Source of the DNA: Paramecium tetraurelia
Taxonomy: Eukaryota
DNA: 64,000 bases
Direction of reading: 5' to 3'
Assembly: GCA_000165425.1 (NCBI GenBank)
Contig: CT868563.1
Coordinates: forward strand, 310,001-374,000
The notes under the pieces were generated by a model. The model had not been told where the DNA came from. It did not search any database and worked only from the letters and a program-made list of their open reading frames with translations. Positions 1 to 13,954 of this stretch are shown here, piece by piece. Numbering within the stretch: position 1 is the stretch's first letter; every line of letters begins with the position of its first letter. The position numbers and the translations under genes were made by a program.

Positions 1-3000
1 TTTCACCAAAATTAATTAGATTACAAATTTGTTCTAAATTAAAATCATTGATTTGATTGCAATTAGCATAAATTATTGTATTTCTCAATTCCATTCCTGC
101 CTATCTTAGAATAGATTGCAATTCATCTTTATCATTAGTGTAATTATACATCTCTTTACCATCCATTATATACGAACTCAAATTCGCCAGGGATTATCTG
201 CCACTACCAGTCAATCCAATTAAAAGCATATTTCCAAATTCTAATCCTCTGATAATTCTGACAATGTGATTGATGGCATATTCAAATAACACTATGTTAT
301 TTTCCTAAATAATCTTTTAAAATTCATCTAGTTTAGAATTCAAATATTCTCTCAAAACTTTTTGTTCAACACATGTATAAATCTTTGAATAACTCTGGTT
401 TTCAATTGTAGTAGGGATTATGTTGGTATAATATAATTGCTTAAACTCATAATTCTTTTTCATGTTTTATGAGATAAGATCTAATAAAATTTGATTGAAT
501 TTTTCACTCTCAATCATCCTATCTGAGAATACTCTCTGACATTCATTCTGCCATAGATTAACCAAATCTCTATCTCTCTATATTGTCCTAATATCTCCCA
601 AATATATCCCTTTAAATACCTTCCATACATCTCTTAAATTAAAAATGTAATGGCATTTGGAAGGTGTTGCTAAATACTCTTACTTAACAATATTAAATAA
701 TTATATTGTACTATTAACAATTATATTACTCATTTTTATTATGGCATTATTCACTAATTGTTTTTAACCCCATTGATTCAATATCCATTAATTTAAAGCA
801 TTAAATATTTTTATTAATGATTCATGAGAATACTGTGGAACATAAAGTAACATGAAATGTCTCATAAATCTTTGGTTGACTTACTTTTAAGTGGCACAAA
901 TATACATTGTATCTTCTAGATGTTTGAATTCTTTAGTCTCAATATCATACCATCCATTAGTATCAATATGTTATCGGATCAATTCATTTGGCTATTCATT
1001 CATAGATAAATCATCTATAAAAACCGAGCAAACTGCCTTATTTTCTTCAGGACCATAATGCCCTTTACATCGTCTCTAACTAACCTTATTTTCAATCAAT
1101 TATTATATGTAATTGATCTAAGTTTGTCCACTAAATGTCAATTATAATTAAGCATGGTTCTAAAAGAGTTGCCTTGTCTATTAAATTTAAATTGTCTTGC
1201 CAGATCCAGTTTATCCAATCAAAATTAAATTGATTTTTTATGAAAGATTTTAAGTAATCCAAAATTGAGTTTTTATTGTGTCAATGCATTTAATATAAAG
1301 ACTATCGAAGGATTTTGTCTAATTAATTTATGATTATTGAGGGTCAACATTCCAAAAAAGCCAACAATTTTTATTGACATCAAAATAGAAATCGTACAAA
1401 TTAGGTTTATTTACAGGTTCCATAAATCTTAAATGCAATGCTTGCGGCTCATATTAATATTTGTTTTTAATTGAGAATTATTAAATTACATCATTCGAAG
1501 CTGTAATTAATTTCATTATCATAACATTTAAACTTTTTCTTTGATTTTCATCGCATATTCCTCCAATGACCCATAAAATACAAAATAACAACACATTTAT
1601 TTGTTGATCCTCATTCTTGTAATTGAAAGTTCTCATCATATTTAAAGATTATTACACTAATTGGGCATCTGTACATGGCACATAAAACTTACCTTACAAA
1701 AATCCTAATGTACAATCAAACAACCATAATGCTTTCTTTTAAAAAGTGTCATTAAAATTTTAATTGTCCAAAATTACTTTCCATTACAATTACTCCATAA
1801 ATAGCATTCCACATCTAGTAACAGTTGCTGGAGATGCTTACTATAAATCAGAAGTCTCGAAAATGATCTATGTTCTTTCAAACAATCTAATGATTTCTCC
1901 AGATGATAAACACAATTTTTTATTGTCATCCAAAACTGTATTCAAATTCTCTACCCATTGTGTATCAACCGGCCCGTCAAATACTATGAGTTAATTAATC
2001 TACTATCTAAATATGATGGGTATAACCCCGTCATAAAATTACTTAGTGTTTCTATCCAATTTTCCAAATAATTAGTCTATTTATAGAGCCTTAGGATTTA
2101 TCTTATGGACAACGTAATTTTGTTTATATGCTAATGCATTTATCAACTTTGATTTTCCACTCATTGTTTCTCCAATAATCATAATTCCATGCCTAACATC
2201 CATCAATTATTCCATCTAAATACACTTCTTAATAAAAACTGGGTTTGCTTCAAGTTTTAAACTTTAGCAAACGTCGGAAAATCCTTAGGTTTCATATTAC
2301 TATTCAATATTGCTATTAGGGAATAAATCTTAAATAATTGAGTTGAATAGCTAAACATCCTTATTTATTAATTTTCCTAAGTTTACGTTGATTAATGCTT
2401 AAATGCATTTAACTTCTTCATCTTCATTATCAATTTGCGAAATAGTCAATAAGACAGACTTCAAAGCCCTCATCCCGAAATCGTAATGATCTTAAGTTGA
2501 TAATTATTCTTATGATAATTGTAATGCTATAATTATCTTATTTGAAAAATAATTAGCTTATTAAAATCCTATCGAATATAAAAAGATTTCAGTGATCAAT
2601 TAATAATCTGGTTAGATCATTGCACATGGTCTAAAGAGTATTTTGAGATTGTCTGGCAACTCATATCTGCCTACATATCCTGGATTCATGGTGATATTGA
2701 TTTAGCATGATTTATTTAAAAAGTATTCATCAGTCTCAAAATATATCATTTTTTTCTATTCTTTTATACCTTATTATATTAGAATGATTTATTGAGCAAC
2801 AACTGATAACACTTCTAAATCAATTCTATTGAATTCATCAAAACAACACCAAGCTCCACAACATATCAAGCCTTTAAAGAATTTGCTCATGGATATAACA
2901 TTTAAGCCTTCTGAGCAATTAAAGACTATACATTGAATTCCTAAGCATTTTGCTAAATCTTTGACTGTCTCTGTTTTACCAGTTCCTGCAGGACCTTCAG

Positions 3001-6000
3001 GGGCACCTCCATAATTGTTTTAAAATGCCATAATGAGAGTCCTATAACATCTATCAGTCAAAGGTGTAATTACTAGTCTCTATGTTAAACCATAATATTC
3101 AAATCCATATTGAATGTTGCATGACAACAATGAAACTCTGAGAATCTTTTCATCATAGTACCTCAAATTGATTAACCAATTAAAATCAGTCTCTTTTAAG
3201 GATTCAATTTTGCATAAATTTTCAGTTTATGTTCTATTATGGACTAAAAGTAAGATTATTTAACTAATTTATATTCTCTAATAAATATTAAGATTTTTCT
3301 GTTGTAATATTTAAACTAGATTTTTAATTTGTTGCTTAATTTGATGCAATACATTTTCTAAAGATATTTAGGAAATTAAAGCTTATTCAATTGATGAAGT
3401 CCATTTAACTTATGTCATTGTTTGTACACATTATGATGGCCATTTCAAATACCACTATTTATCAGTATCTTATGCACACTCTTTCATTGTTCTCTTCATA
3501 GTCTCTACAATAATTTGATCAGCCTCCTGCAGCCATTTTTCAACATTGCCTTGCTTATCATTTTCAATCACATTGCAAAATTTGTATAAAGAAATGATGT
3601 CTTTTTCTGGAGAGATGATATTCAAAATGTTTTCATTATTCTCATCGAATTGCAATTCATAAATTCCTTCATAACACTTTTGAATATGTCTATTAATAAG
3701 TAAAGGTTCTTTAGTCTAAGCTAAGATTTCAAGGAGTCCATCATCAGACAAAAAAAAGAATCGAGGGAACACCTTTCTTTTCTACTCTAAGTAATTACTA
3801 AGTCCTTTCAAAATATAATCTAATAAGTCGTTGCAATGTTTGCTTTCTTATTTATATCTTTCATTTTCAATATTTTCCCATACCAAGGGATCCTTCAAAA
3901 AGTTTTCAGTAATCTACCTCCAAAATCTATCTATAAAATCAAATTTGTTTTTTTCTTACGGCAATTTTTTCCTTATGTCTTCTGATTAGAATATAGGCTA
4001 AAGGTAGATGTATCCTCTCTAAGTGGTTCTCCAATTCTCCAAGGTGTCTTAGATTAGAATGATCTTCTTCTCAACTCCTATTGCTTTTTCCATTACAACA
4101 TACGGACTTTATTTCAATAAGAGAATAGTATTCAATTATTCATCCAACAATATTTAGGCTTCATCAATTTTCATAATATTGGTGTTTCTAACGAATTCAA
4201 TTTTGATTTCCTTACACTTATCAACAACTGCATTCAATCTTTTCTCAATATCATATGTATAAGTGGCTTTCTTAGATATGTCTTCTATTTAAATCTTAAA
4301 TTGCAAATAGTTATGCTCCAATAATTGAATGAGTGTAATATCATCTCCAACATATCCACAAACAGAATAGATTTCATCCCAAATCTTTGGCTTCTTTTGT
4401 ATGGCTTCACAATTCAAAAATTCAATAAGCCACATGACTTCCTTAAATTTGTCCAAATCCTTCTTCAAATCAGTCAATAACCTCAAAGCTTTATCATTTG
4501 ATTAATCCTAAAAGAACTTTAATAACACAAGAGTCTCTTTCTAATAATATTATATCATTTTCCTTTCCACTTGAGAGTACTGAAGTTTCATGAATTAACC
4601 CTAATACCATTCTTACTTATCTATATCAAATTCTATGGCTAAATCCCAAATCTTATAGAAGGGCTCAAAATCCTATTTGATCTTGATCAAGTCATCATAA
4701 TCGCTAAGAGGTTGTTTGAATAAACTCTCTCGATCATTGAATGATCTTACCTTATCTTAATAATTGTTTATTTTCTCTTTTAATCCCATAACAATTTATG
4801 CATAAGTTTTCACCTAAGAATAATCTTCATAAAATTTTATCTCTTCAACTTAATTCTCCAACACTAACAATTCTCTAATGAACAACTCCTTCTCTTAATC
4901 CAATTTCTCCGTGAATTTTGTCTCTTTCAAATGGACATTCCTTTATCCTTCAACTAAGGCTATTCTTATCTCTGCTGGCCATTGTTTCAAAAACCACAGA
5001 TTTTCAATTTCTTTATTATCAAATTAATATTAGTATTAATGCAACAAGTCCAATGTTTAGAATAACATATTAACCTCATTTGCCAATTTAGCTAGATTCA
5101 CTTCAGTTTCAGCAATGAAATTCTTTAATTAAACCATCTCATGCTCTTCTTTTGGTTCTTCCAATATTCTTTCACACATATCCTAATATAATTTACCAAT
5201 TCTCTAAATATTGTCTGTTAAGACTTCACTTAATCTATTCAAAATTGCATTTATAATTTCTTGAGACTTTTGAATCAAAGTTAGTTTGGCTAATTTTGTT
5301 TTCACTTAAAAAAATGAAAAATTCTTTTCATCTATACACAACCTTTCTATAGTAAATATAGTTTGTAAGTAATAAATCAACTTCTCTTTTATTTTATCCA
5401 ACTCTATGTATGTAATCGCAGGCTTCTCCTTTGAATCCCCAAATAATCTTTTCATCAAATGGCTTTGACTCTTAGTATAGAGATATGAGAATTCGTTGAA
5501 CTGATCCAGGATTAAGTTTTTTTATTTCAAGGCATTATCGATGAATGTTACAATCTATTCTATTGCTTTATCAAAGTGATGAGAAATTTACTCCATCTCA
5601 ACAGACTATGCTTACCCAATATCTATTAAAGGCATAATATCATTTTCAACCTTCTTAACCTATGAGACAGTCTCTTTTATTAACTAAATAGGATTGACCA
5701 ATGTCTATATTATTTACTATCTGGTTGGTTCAAAGATCATGTATCTATCTTCTCCAAATGTTGATTGCTTATGCAATACTGTTTTCTTACGAACTATTTA
5801 CTATATAACAATATTGATTTATAGGAATGGTTCTTTACTTAGATGCTCAGAATCATCAGTAAAGGATTTTATGTGATTTATCCACTTAATTACATTCATT
5901 TCTACTAAATTTTTCATGTTTAGATAACTGAACTATTAGTCTATTCTTTTTAGGAGTAAACAAAGTTATGACCTTTGATAACCTACATCATCAGTTTAAT

Positions 6001-7446
6001 AAAAATTAAATTATGTTCTTAGACTATCTTAAACATCTTAGATAACTTGAGTTCTCCAATTATTAAACATAGTTAATTTGAGTACATTATACATCTATTG
6101 ATTATATGCCTCCAAATTTGATAAAACGAATGGAAGTTGTCCATAAGGATAGGTTGTTGGCAGCAATTCAAATGATGATTCTTTTATAGTTTGAATTTTT
6201 ACAAAAGTTTATAGTATCTATTTATTATTTAAAATTGGAGATTATGAAATCTATTATTTAACTTACTGGAAATCCTTTTTTAAACTTTTCAACTTTGGAA
6301 ACCTTTATAAAATGCCATTCATATTTCTCATTTTAATTCTATTTGTTATGAAATCCGTAATGAAATCACTCTAGTTCATTCTCTATAGAGTAAGGAATTT
6401 CTTCATAAATAATTTATATTCATATTCAATTTGATCAAACTCTACATTCTATTGTTTATTCAATTTTAACTTCTTCTTAATGTTTATCTTAGTTTAGACA
6501 GGCAAAGTAGTAATGAGCTAATCAGGTATGCTATTGACATATTTAAAGAATCGCAGTTCCTCTTCTGCCTATTTCTATAGTACTCTGCATTATTGAAGTC
6601 TCATATTGAATTCTGCCTCATTTTCAGTTTTCAACATCAAGGATAATCGACTCACATACTTGATTTGATCATTCTTCAAGATTTTAACCACGAATTTCTG
6701 CTGCTTCTAATCAAAATCTTAAATTTAGACTTCTGTCCAAACATATCCATTTCCCTCATAGAATGGGCATTTCGCATGATAAGATCTATCATTCTTGAAT
6801 TATTGTATGATGTCTGATGGAGTTTGGGGATCATCCCAAGTTAAGTAATTTTTTAAAGTTTTATTAGTATTAAGACCTTGCAATTCAAAATTCATTTCTT
6901 CATCATTTGCTTTTTCATGAAATGACATATTTTTCCTATTTGACAAACGACTAAAATTCTCTTATATTTTTACAGGATTTCTAGCCGGCTTAGGTAAATT
7001 AGTTTTCAAGTTTTTCTTGCATAAATCATTCATCCATTAAAAATTTGAATCATCCCTTATAGTGATTATCATGGAATGCTAACCTCTATTCCTAGAATTT
7101 GATCTTGCTTATCGTGTAACTGGTTTCGTGATAATTCTTTATTAATTTCTAAAGGTTACTTCTATTGAAAAATCTCTCTGGTTGGCTCTAACTTTTATTT
7201 TATTGCCTAATAACTGATTTATTGATCCTAAAAAGATTAATTTACAGCTTCCTTGTTTTTTTCATTTATAATATTATTAACAAGCTCACTAAAATTTAAA
7301 ATAGTTGCGTACCGGGAATCATGAAAATGCTATTGAGTTAGTAATAGTTCATCAACTAAAAGTTGCTCTTTCTTGGCCTAAGAGAAATTGATCTTAGGGA
7401 GTTGAGCCTTGAATATTGGAGCGATTGTCATTCTCTTTTGACTCAT
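1..7446 (-). CDS. Axonemal dynein heavy chain, single-headed inner-arm (DNAH1-like) type; 3' part runs off the left edge
   Basis: Code-6 translation: ATG at 7446 ([10 protein letters not shown]). AAA1 [21 protein letters not shown] (~2955-3010), [31 protein letters not shown]2 [18 protein letters not shown]3 LIGQTGSGKT, AAA4 [13 protein letters not shown] (~195-230). Linker [17 protein letters not shown]-terminal WTEVQIQDFD...YVSRLSL segment resembles DNAH1-type tails. Confidence 0.95.
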
Positions 7447-7722
7447 TCCTATATTAATTAAAATATATATATAAATTATATGGCAATTATTTTTGAAATA
7501 AATATTAATTTCCCTTTGATTATTTCGAAGATATTCAAACAAAAAAATTAATCTTATAGACTAACACTTTATTTTTCTATTTATCAATATTAATTTTTAA
7601 ACTCTCATTAATTAATATATTTAATGTCCTAATAAAAATAAATAGTTTTCAATTATAATAATGAAGAAATGTAAGAGTTAAATTAAGAGGTGGGTGTTTA
7701 ATGTTGTTGTATGATTCAGATT

Positions 7723-8088
7723 ATGAGATTGATAAATTTAACTAAAAATCTTCAGGGAGAGACAAATTCAATTATAAAAACAACTCCTAAAATTCAATCT
7801 GTTCAACAATAGAATAATCACAATATTAAAAAAAATGATAATATTATATAATTAATCTAATTTCATAATGTAAAAAAGAACCATTTTGAAGAAGATGAAA
7901 ATATTTAAGAAGATTGCCTATTCAAGGAGATAAGTAACTATTCTGAAAGCAAAAATCTTAATAAAAATATAACGACTAACTAGTTTTCAAGAGTGGCTTG
8001 GTTTAAGTTACAATAGTCGTTATTTCATATCTCTTAAATTTTTAGTGTTGGTTCTTTGTATATAATGATGTAATTAGGTCTCATATGA
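7723..8088 (+). CDS. Short hypothetical ORF (uncertain)
   Basis: About 120 codons without TGA in code 6 (MRLINLTKNLQGETNS...). No recognisable motif. The true start may lie upstream near 7661. Confidence 0.3.
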
Positions 8089-8306
8089 GTATAGATAGAT
8101 ATTTTAAAGTTACCGTTGGCATCTTTATTGTCTAATTTGTATTATTTGAGATTGTAATTTTGATTTATTAGCAATATCCCTTTGAAAAGTCTAGAATTAT
8201 TAATACCATCAATAATGGTGAGTAAATGGTTAGATAATCTCAAGCGATTAATTTAGATTCTATTGTTTCTATGATATATACTTTATGTATTATTTTATTT
8301 TATAAA

Positions 8307-9708
8307 ATGCTTCATTATTTAATAATTAGCATTTTGTCTCCAGTTCAAATTTTAGCACAATCCAACACTTTAACGTTGACATATGAAGTGAGTAAAAATT
8401 AGTCTTAGATTATTCTGACATTTTCAAAATAAATAAATGTGACATCAACGTAAATGGAATCAATTACTGCAATCTACTTTCCATAACAGAATAATTACAC
8501 CTACAATATACATTCATAAGATAATACTACATATTACATAAATCTAAATTTTGTTAATCAATTCTATTATGCAAATTGTATAATCAGATTTTTAGCACCT
8601 TATTAGATTATTAATTTAAATACCAAAGAATATTTAAATAAAGATTAATAAACTGTAATCATTTTACTAGGTCCTTATATTTATTATAGTGATTTCTAAT
8701 AAAACACAGTGTATGGGTTGGCAATCTCTATTTATATTTTATTTTTTCTATCATTCTTATCAATGATAGCTAACATAGCTTATAAATTAAAGAATAATCA
8801 AGTGAACATGTCCTTTAACATATTTATGTTTTGGCAATTGCTGGAAAATTTGCAAATTTGCGGTTTGTTTTATTATTTTAACACACAATTAACCATATAA
8901 ATGAAGGATGTGTCATCCTATATACGCTATTTCAATTTTAATTTTGAGATGTTAACTATATTCAATTAATATTTGAGTGATTTCAATTACATCAATTAGA
9001 CTTTTGTCTTATGGATATTTTATGTTTCATCAATTGTAATTATATTATTAATTTATTTAATCAAAAGAAAAATAAATATCCATTAATTGCTACTAAGATC
9101 AACATCCATCTGCTTATTACCGTTTTTATTATATGGATTTTTAGAAATTGAGTACATTTAGACATCCAGTGCAATTTAAATAATTAACACAACATTTGTT
9201 ATAATAAGTTATGTAATTCTCATATATTATATTTTTCAATACTTGTAAGATTTATGTTAAACATAGTTATTTATTGAACTGTTCTTAAGTGCTAAGTTAA
9301 TTCAATGGCTTATAAACGAAGGCATTCTTTAAACGAAACTTCAATCTATTTTAGGAATTGAAAAAGGTAGTGTTTACAAGTTGTATCATCTTATTGGATT
9401 ATTAATAAAACTTATCTATAACTATTTTAGTGGTAACCTAAATAATAACAGTTACATTGCTAGCCACAAAATTACCATTCAAAGCCAGAATCATAAATTT
9501 TATTGTTCTATGGAGTGAGATTTTAATGACTCTATGCTTAACGTTGATGGCTGCTATTATCTTTTTGGATTATATTAGTCTAACTTACTTGGAAGAGAAT
9601 ACTAGAAATATTTTAGGCTGGTCGATCATCAGTTTATTTGTTGGATCCATTTTTATTCGAAGTGCAGGTTGTTTGATAGAATTGATATTAAATATATAAA
9701 AATTATGA
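8307..9708 (+). CDS. Signal-peptide, multi-pass membrane protein
   Basis: Leader MLHYLIISILSPVQILAQ, an extracellular segment, then several hydrophobic helices (includes track ORFs 8709 and 9457). A 22-nt intron gtaagatttatgttaaacatag (~9245-9266) joins the two frames. TGA at 9706-9708. Confidence 0.7.
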
Positions 9709-10456
9709 CTACAAAATTTGTTGAAATTATTCTTGAAATATTTGGTCTGTCCAGTATGGTAAAATGTATGAGGCGGTGAATATAAGCATATCTTCATCAA
9801 TACATACATGGTTCCAGTGATACAAAGTTTAAGAATATTCAATCAAAAGTAATTTATGTGTTCTAGCATTTTTTAGAATGAATTATTATATGGAACTTTT
9901 ATATTTAAGGAAAAAACCTGGATTGAAAATTATATGAATATTCATAATAGATTGAAGGTGAAATTGTAATTTTCTTTTAAATCTTGGATTGAATAAAAGA
10001 TAAATTTAACTTTCTAATGAAAATAAACTTGCCATAGAACTCGACAATAGTAATATTCTTATGTATCCCTTGATTTTAATCAACAAAAATTAGTATAAAA
10101 TAGAGATGTGTTATAAATTTATAATTTTTGTAAAACTAAGATTTCTATTTAAACACAACAAGGTAATATAATACTCTACTCAAATACATATAGCAATTTT
10201 GCAATATATTGTAAAAATTGTGATATAATTTACACTTTAAATATTCTTTTCTAAAAATAGCAATAAAAATTAAGTTAGACTATTTTAAACTATGTAATTC
10301 TTTAAAAATTTAGAAATATTATTGAATAATAGATGTTAACAATATATAAAAATATGAATTGTTAAATAATTTAAAAACCTTGTAAATTAATATATATCGT
10401 TGCTCATATTAATACGATTCTATGAAATATAAAATTTAATAATATAAAAAATAAAT

Positions 10457-10825
10457 ATGTCTGAGAAATTACCGAGACTGAGTTAGAAAAAGGCTAGGTC
10501 CTAATCGTTATATGAGAATCAAGTTGCCACTTAGAAACTTAAGGAATCACTTTACAATTTATAGTCAAGTCGTTATGGTTAGAGGCCTTAAAAAAATCCT
10601 GTTATTGAATCAATTGTTAAGGAGGCAGATGTAGTTTTGACTAACTAGCATTTGAAAGAGAACTTATTTAAATTAAAGGAGATGGGGTTATTAAAGAATT
10701 GTTAGCCAAAAATATTAACATAGTCGGGATTGAAGAAGAAAGATTATATATTAAATGATTATCATAACAAAAGCACATTAAATGGATATTCAAGGAATTA
10801 CGGTGGATTGTTTTATAACAGATGA
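10457..10825 (+). CDS. 122-aa protein with CFAP276/C1orf194-like C-terminal motif (candidate microtubule inner protein)
   Basis: Intronless code-6 ORF ending DYHNKSTLNGYSRNYGGLFYNR*, resembling the H-x3-T-N-x-GYSR-x3-GGFF C-terminus of the CFAP276 family. Confidence 0.6.
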
Positions 10826-10943
10826 CTATAATTACTAAATATTTTATATCTGTTATTTAAAATTTAATTTGGATTCGTTCCAAGTCATTCTATTTTACAT
10901 ATTCAAAAATAAATAACTTGCAAAAATACATAAATATATATAA

Positions 10944-11424
10944 ATGATTAATATTAAATAAATAATATAAGCAATTAAAGGATGTATACAAATTTTAATA
11001 TTAAAAGAAAATATCTAAGACTTAAGAAAGTTTAATCCTTCCCCCGAGTAAGAGTGCAGTAATTAGAAAATGAGATTAATACATTTAGCCGCGTCATATC
11101 CTAGTATTGAAATTTTAGAATTTTTTATTGAGAAATCTTAAAATTTAGAAATCACAGATTCTGTATAAAATTAAATTTATTTCTAAGATAGGAAGAACTC
11201 CTTTGCATTATGCTGTTAATAATGGATAATTAAAAAATGTTGAATTATTGATAAAAAAAGGAGCTAAGATAGAAGCGTAAACAATAGGCGGTGATACACC
11301 TTTGATAAAATCTGCATTATTAAAAAATCATTAATGCTATCATTATTTAATTGGCGAAGGCGCAAATAAATTACATTAAAACTGTATTGGGCAAAGTGCT
11401 GAATAAATATATTAATATAATTGA
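10944..11424 (+). CDS. Small ankyrin-repeat protein
   Basis: RLIHLAASYPSIEILEFFIE, GRTPLHYAVNNGQLKNVELLIKKGAKIE, GDTPLIKSA. Two ~25-nt introns. Confidence 0.85.
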
Positions 11425-11589
11425 ATAACTATAAAGAATCAATATTATACTAATAATAGTGTGGTTTTCTTAACATGTATCTATTATTATTCCATTCTTT
11501 GATTACCTTTAATTGGGTTGAGAGCAAGATGAAAATAAAATTAGAAAGATGTTTGATTAGTATAATTAATTAATATAAATAATATTAAA

Positions 11590-13053
11590 ATGCAATATAT
11601 TTAATACCATCCTTAAATTATTGAGGAGCTAAAAATGAATGAAACAAAAAGTTTGTTTTCACCAATTGAGGTTTCATTAATCAAATCATTTGAAGATAAG
11701 GATTTATTCAAAGAATTAATCTTACTTTACAATCATAAAAAAAAAAAATTGGTTTAATAACAAGTTCATTTTGGGTTAAATTCCTTATTCGTTGAAAATA
11801 AATATATCCTGCTATGCAAGTGTTATTACGAAATGAGATATACAAAATTAAAGTAAAACGAAGGTTTTTACATAATTATCCTTCACAATTCAAAAGGTAA
11901 GGAATTTTTAATTATCAGTAATTCAAATTAGTTTTCTAAGATTTAGGCTGTGATAAAAAGGTTTTGTGTAAGTAAAAGTTTTTTCAGTAAATATCAGTTG
12001 TTTGAATAAAAAAATTGTATACCTTTTGCTTAAAATTGTAAAGTAAAAAATATTTATTAATTAGAATCAAGATTTATTTTGTGTCCTGTAAATAGACAAG
12101 AAATAAATTATCACTGAATCAGATTAGGAATAATTCTATAATACTATAATTATAATGAATTATATCAGTGAATAAACGAGGATTGTTAAGATTTATGAGG
12201 AAAATTCGATGTATTTTTTATTTATGAAATACATGAAAATGTAATCATTGGAATCTTTGATACTTAATGATTTTGAATTTAGAGAGGCTCCTCTCGTTTG
12301 CATAATCTATCTTATTCTTTAAACAATACAAAAATATAAAAATCTTGGAATTTACCATGGGAATATTAGTTTAAAAACGATATTTATCAATATGTCAGGC
12401 GCCTTTTTATAAATCATTATATTGTTTCCAAAATACTAGGCCAACAATAATAAAGGCATCTCTTTAGACTTGTTAAATTTAGGTTAATTGCTTTATTAAA
12501 TAACATTTTATGAAAAAAAGGATAAAATTAAATAATTTGTAGACTAAAAACTAATAACATAATAAAAACAATTATTATAAAATTTGAATACTGAAAATAA
12601 GCAATTTTTATTTTTATATCGAATTAGTTAGTTAGATTTACTGAATCAATTGTTAACACAAAGCATTACTATTGAAAATGCTTTAAAACATCAATGGTTC
12701 ATAACTGTCAAGCAGAATCTGAAAGCTGAGTTTTTGAAGGAAACAAAAGAGCGATTGGATTTACATACAATTGTTGAATCAACCAATGAAATGAGTATGA
12801 CTATTTCTATAGATAAAAGAGTTTAATCCAAGGAATTTGCTGAGTATGGTATATCAAATTAATTATAGGAAATTCAGAAATTGAAGATGAATTTCCTGTG
12901 AAATGTTCAATTTTAAATCCTTTCTAAATGAATCCCTCAAAACAAAAGCATGATAATTCTGTTCCAAAATCAAAAAGTTGTTCGAATTTTGATTTACGTT
13001 TTGACAATAAAGAAAAGTACTTTGGAAATGAATAATCTCTTTTTATCTAATGA
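11590..13053 (+). CDS. Degenerate protein-kinase-like protein (pseudokinase)
   Basis: Kinase remnants RIVKIYEENSMYFLFMKY, GIYHGNISLKTIFIN (HRD lost), DLLNLGQLLY, TIENALKHQWF. No DFG seen. Short introns near 12043 and 12849. Confidence 0.65.
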
Positions 13054-13440
13054 GACATACACTTTTCGCTTGAAATTATAATTAAAAATCAATAATTCGT
13101 AAAATTAATTAAAAATTTGTCCATATTTCATAAAGTTTCTTGTTATTTAATAAATAAAATGTTTTCAGATTTATTTTATTTTCTCCTTGTAATTTAATAG
13201 ATCGTTTATAAAATATATATAAATTTATAAAATTCTTTCTAATTGTATTAAATAAGCACACTTAATTATTCAATCTTGATTAAAAAAGAGAGCTATTATT
13301 TTAGGTTGTAAACTCTGATAAGTTGCACACAGAATAATTATATATAGTTGTAAAGGAGAGTGTCTAATAGTTGTAAGCCTTTTCAGATATCAAGTATATA
13401 GTTAGTCATTAATCAGAATATAATATAATTTTTAATTTAA

Positions 13441-13914
13441 TCATCTTTTTCTACATTTTTTGCATTTCCAATCCATCTAATCGATTTCTTCTTGTGTTTT
13501 ATTGAGGGGTATTCCTGCACAACTTTAATGATACCAACATTTTTTTTCACTGCATTCTATCCATTTTGTATCTGTGCCAGGACAGTTTGGATTTTCACAT
13601 TTTTAATTAGTTTATTCTTCTCTATCAGATGTTTTTTCATCATTGCTCATAAACATACATTCATAATCGCTTCGCACTCTCTTTTCTGGGTTGTAAGCAA
13701 TTAAATATGCTTTCTCAGTTTCAGACAAATATTTATCATCTTATTAGTCTATATTAGCTTTTCCAAATTTGATTTCATTTAAAAATTCTTCTTTTTTGAA
13801 TTGAGAAATTGTTTAAGAATTTAACTTCTATTTCATTTATTCCAAAGTAGCTCCAGGTATCCAATATTACAGAGTTTTTTTGATATTTAATTATTCCTGT
13901 AATTAGAGATCCAT
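13441..13914 (-). CDS. 157-aa protein with C-terminal PHD-type zinc finger
   Basis: Intronless ORF ending CENPNC...WIECSEKKCWYHQSCAG...WKCKKCRKR*, a C4HC3 pattern with the PHD-typical W-I-x-C, W-Y-H-x2-C and W-x-C-x2-C. Confidence 0.8.
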
Positions 13915-13954
13915 ATTAAAAATTATTGTATAATAATTATTATTTAAATTAATA

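Noticed and set aside
9709..10020. Frame continuing past the membrane-protein stop with another in-frame TGA (possible selenocysteine or read-through)
   Set aside because: There is no conserved motif, and long TGA-poor frames arise by chance when TGA is the only stop.
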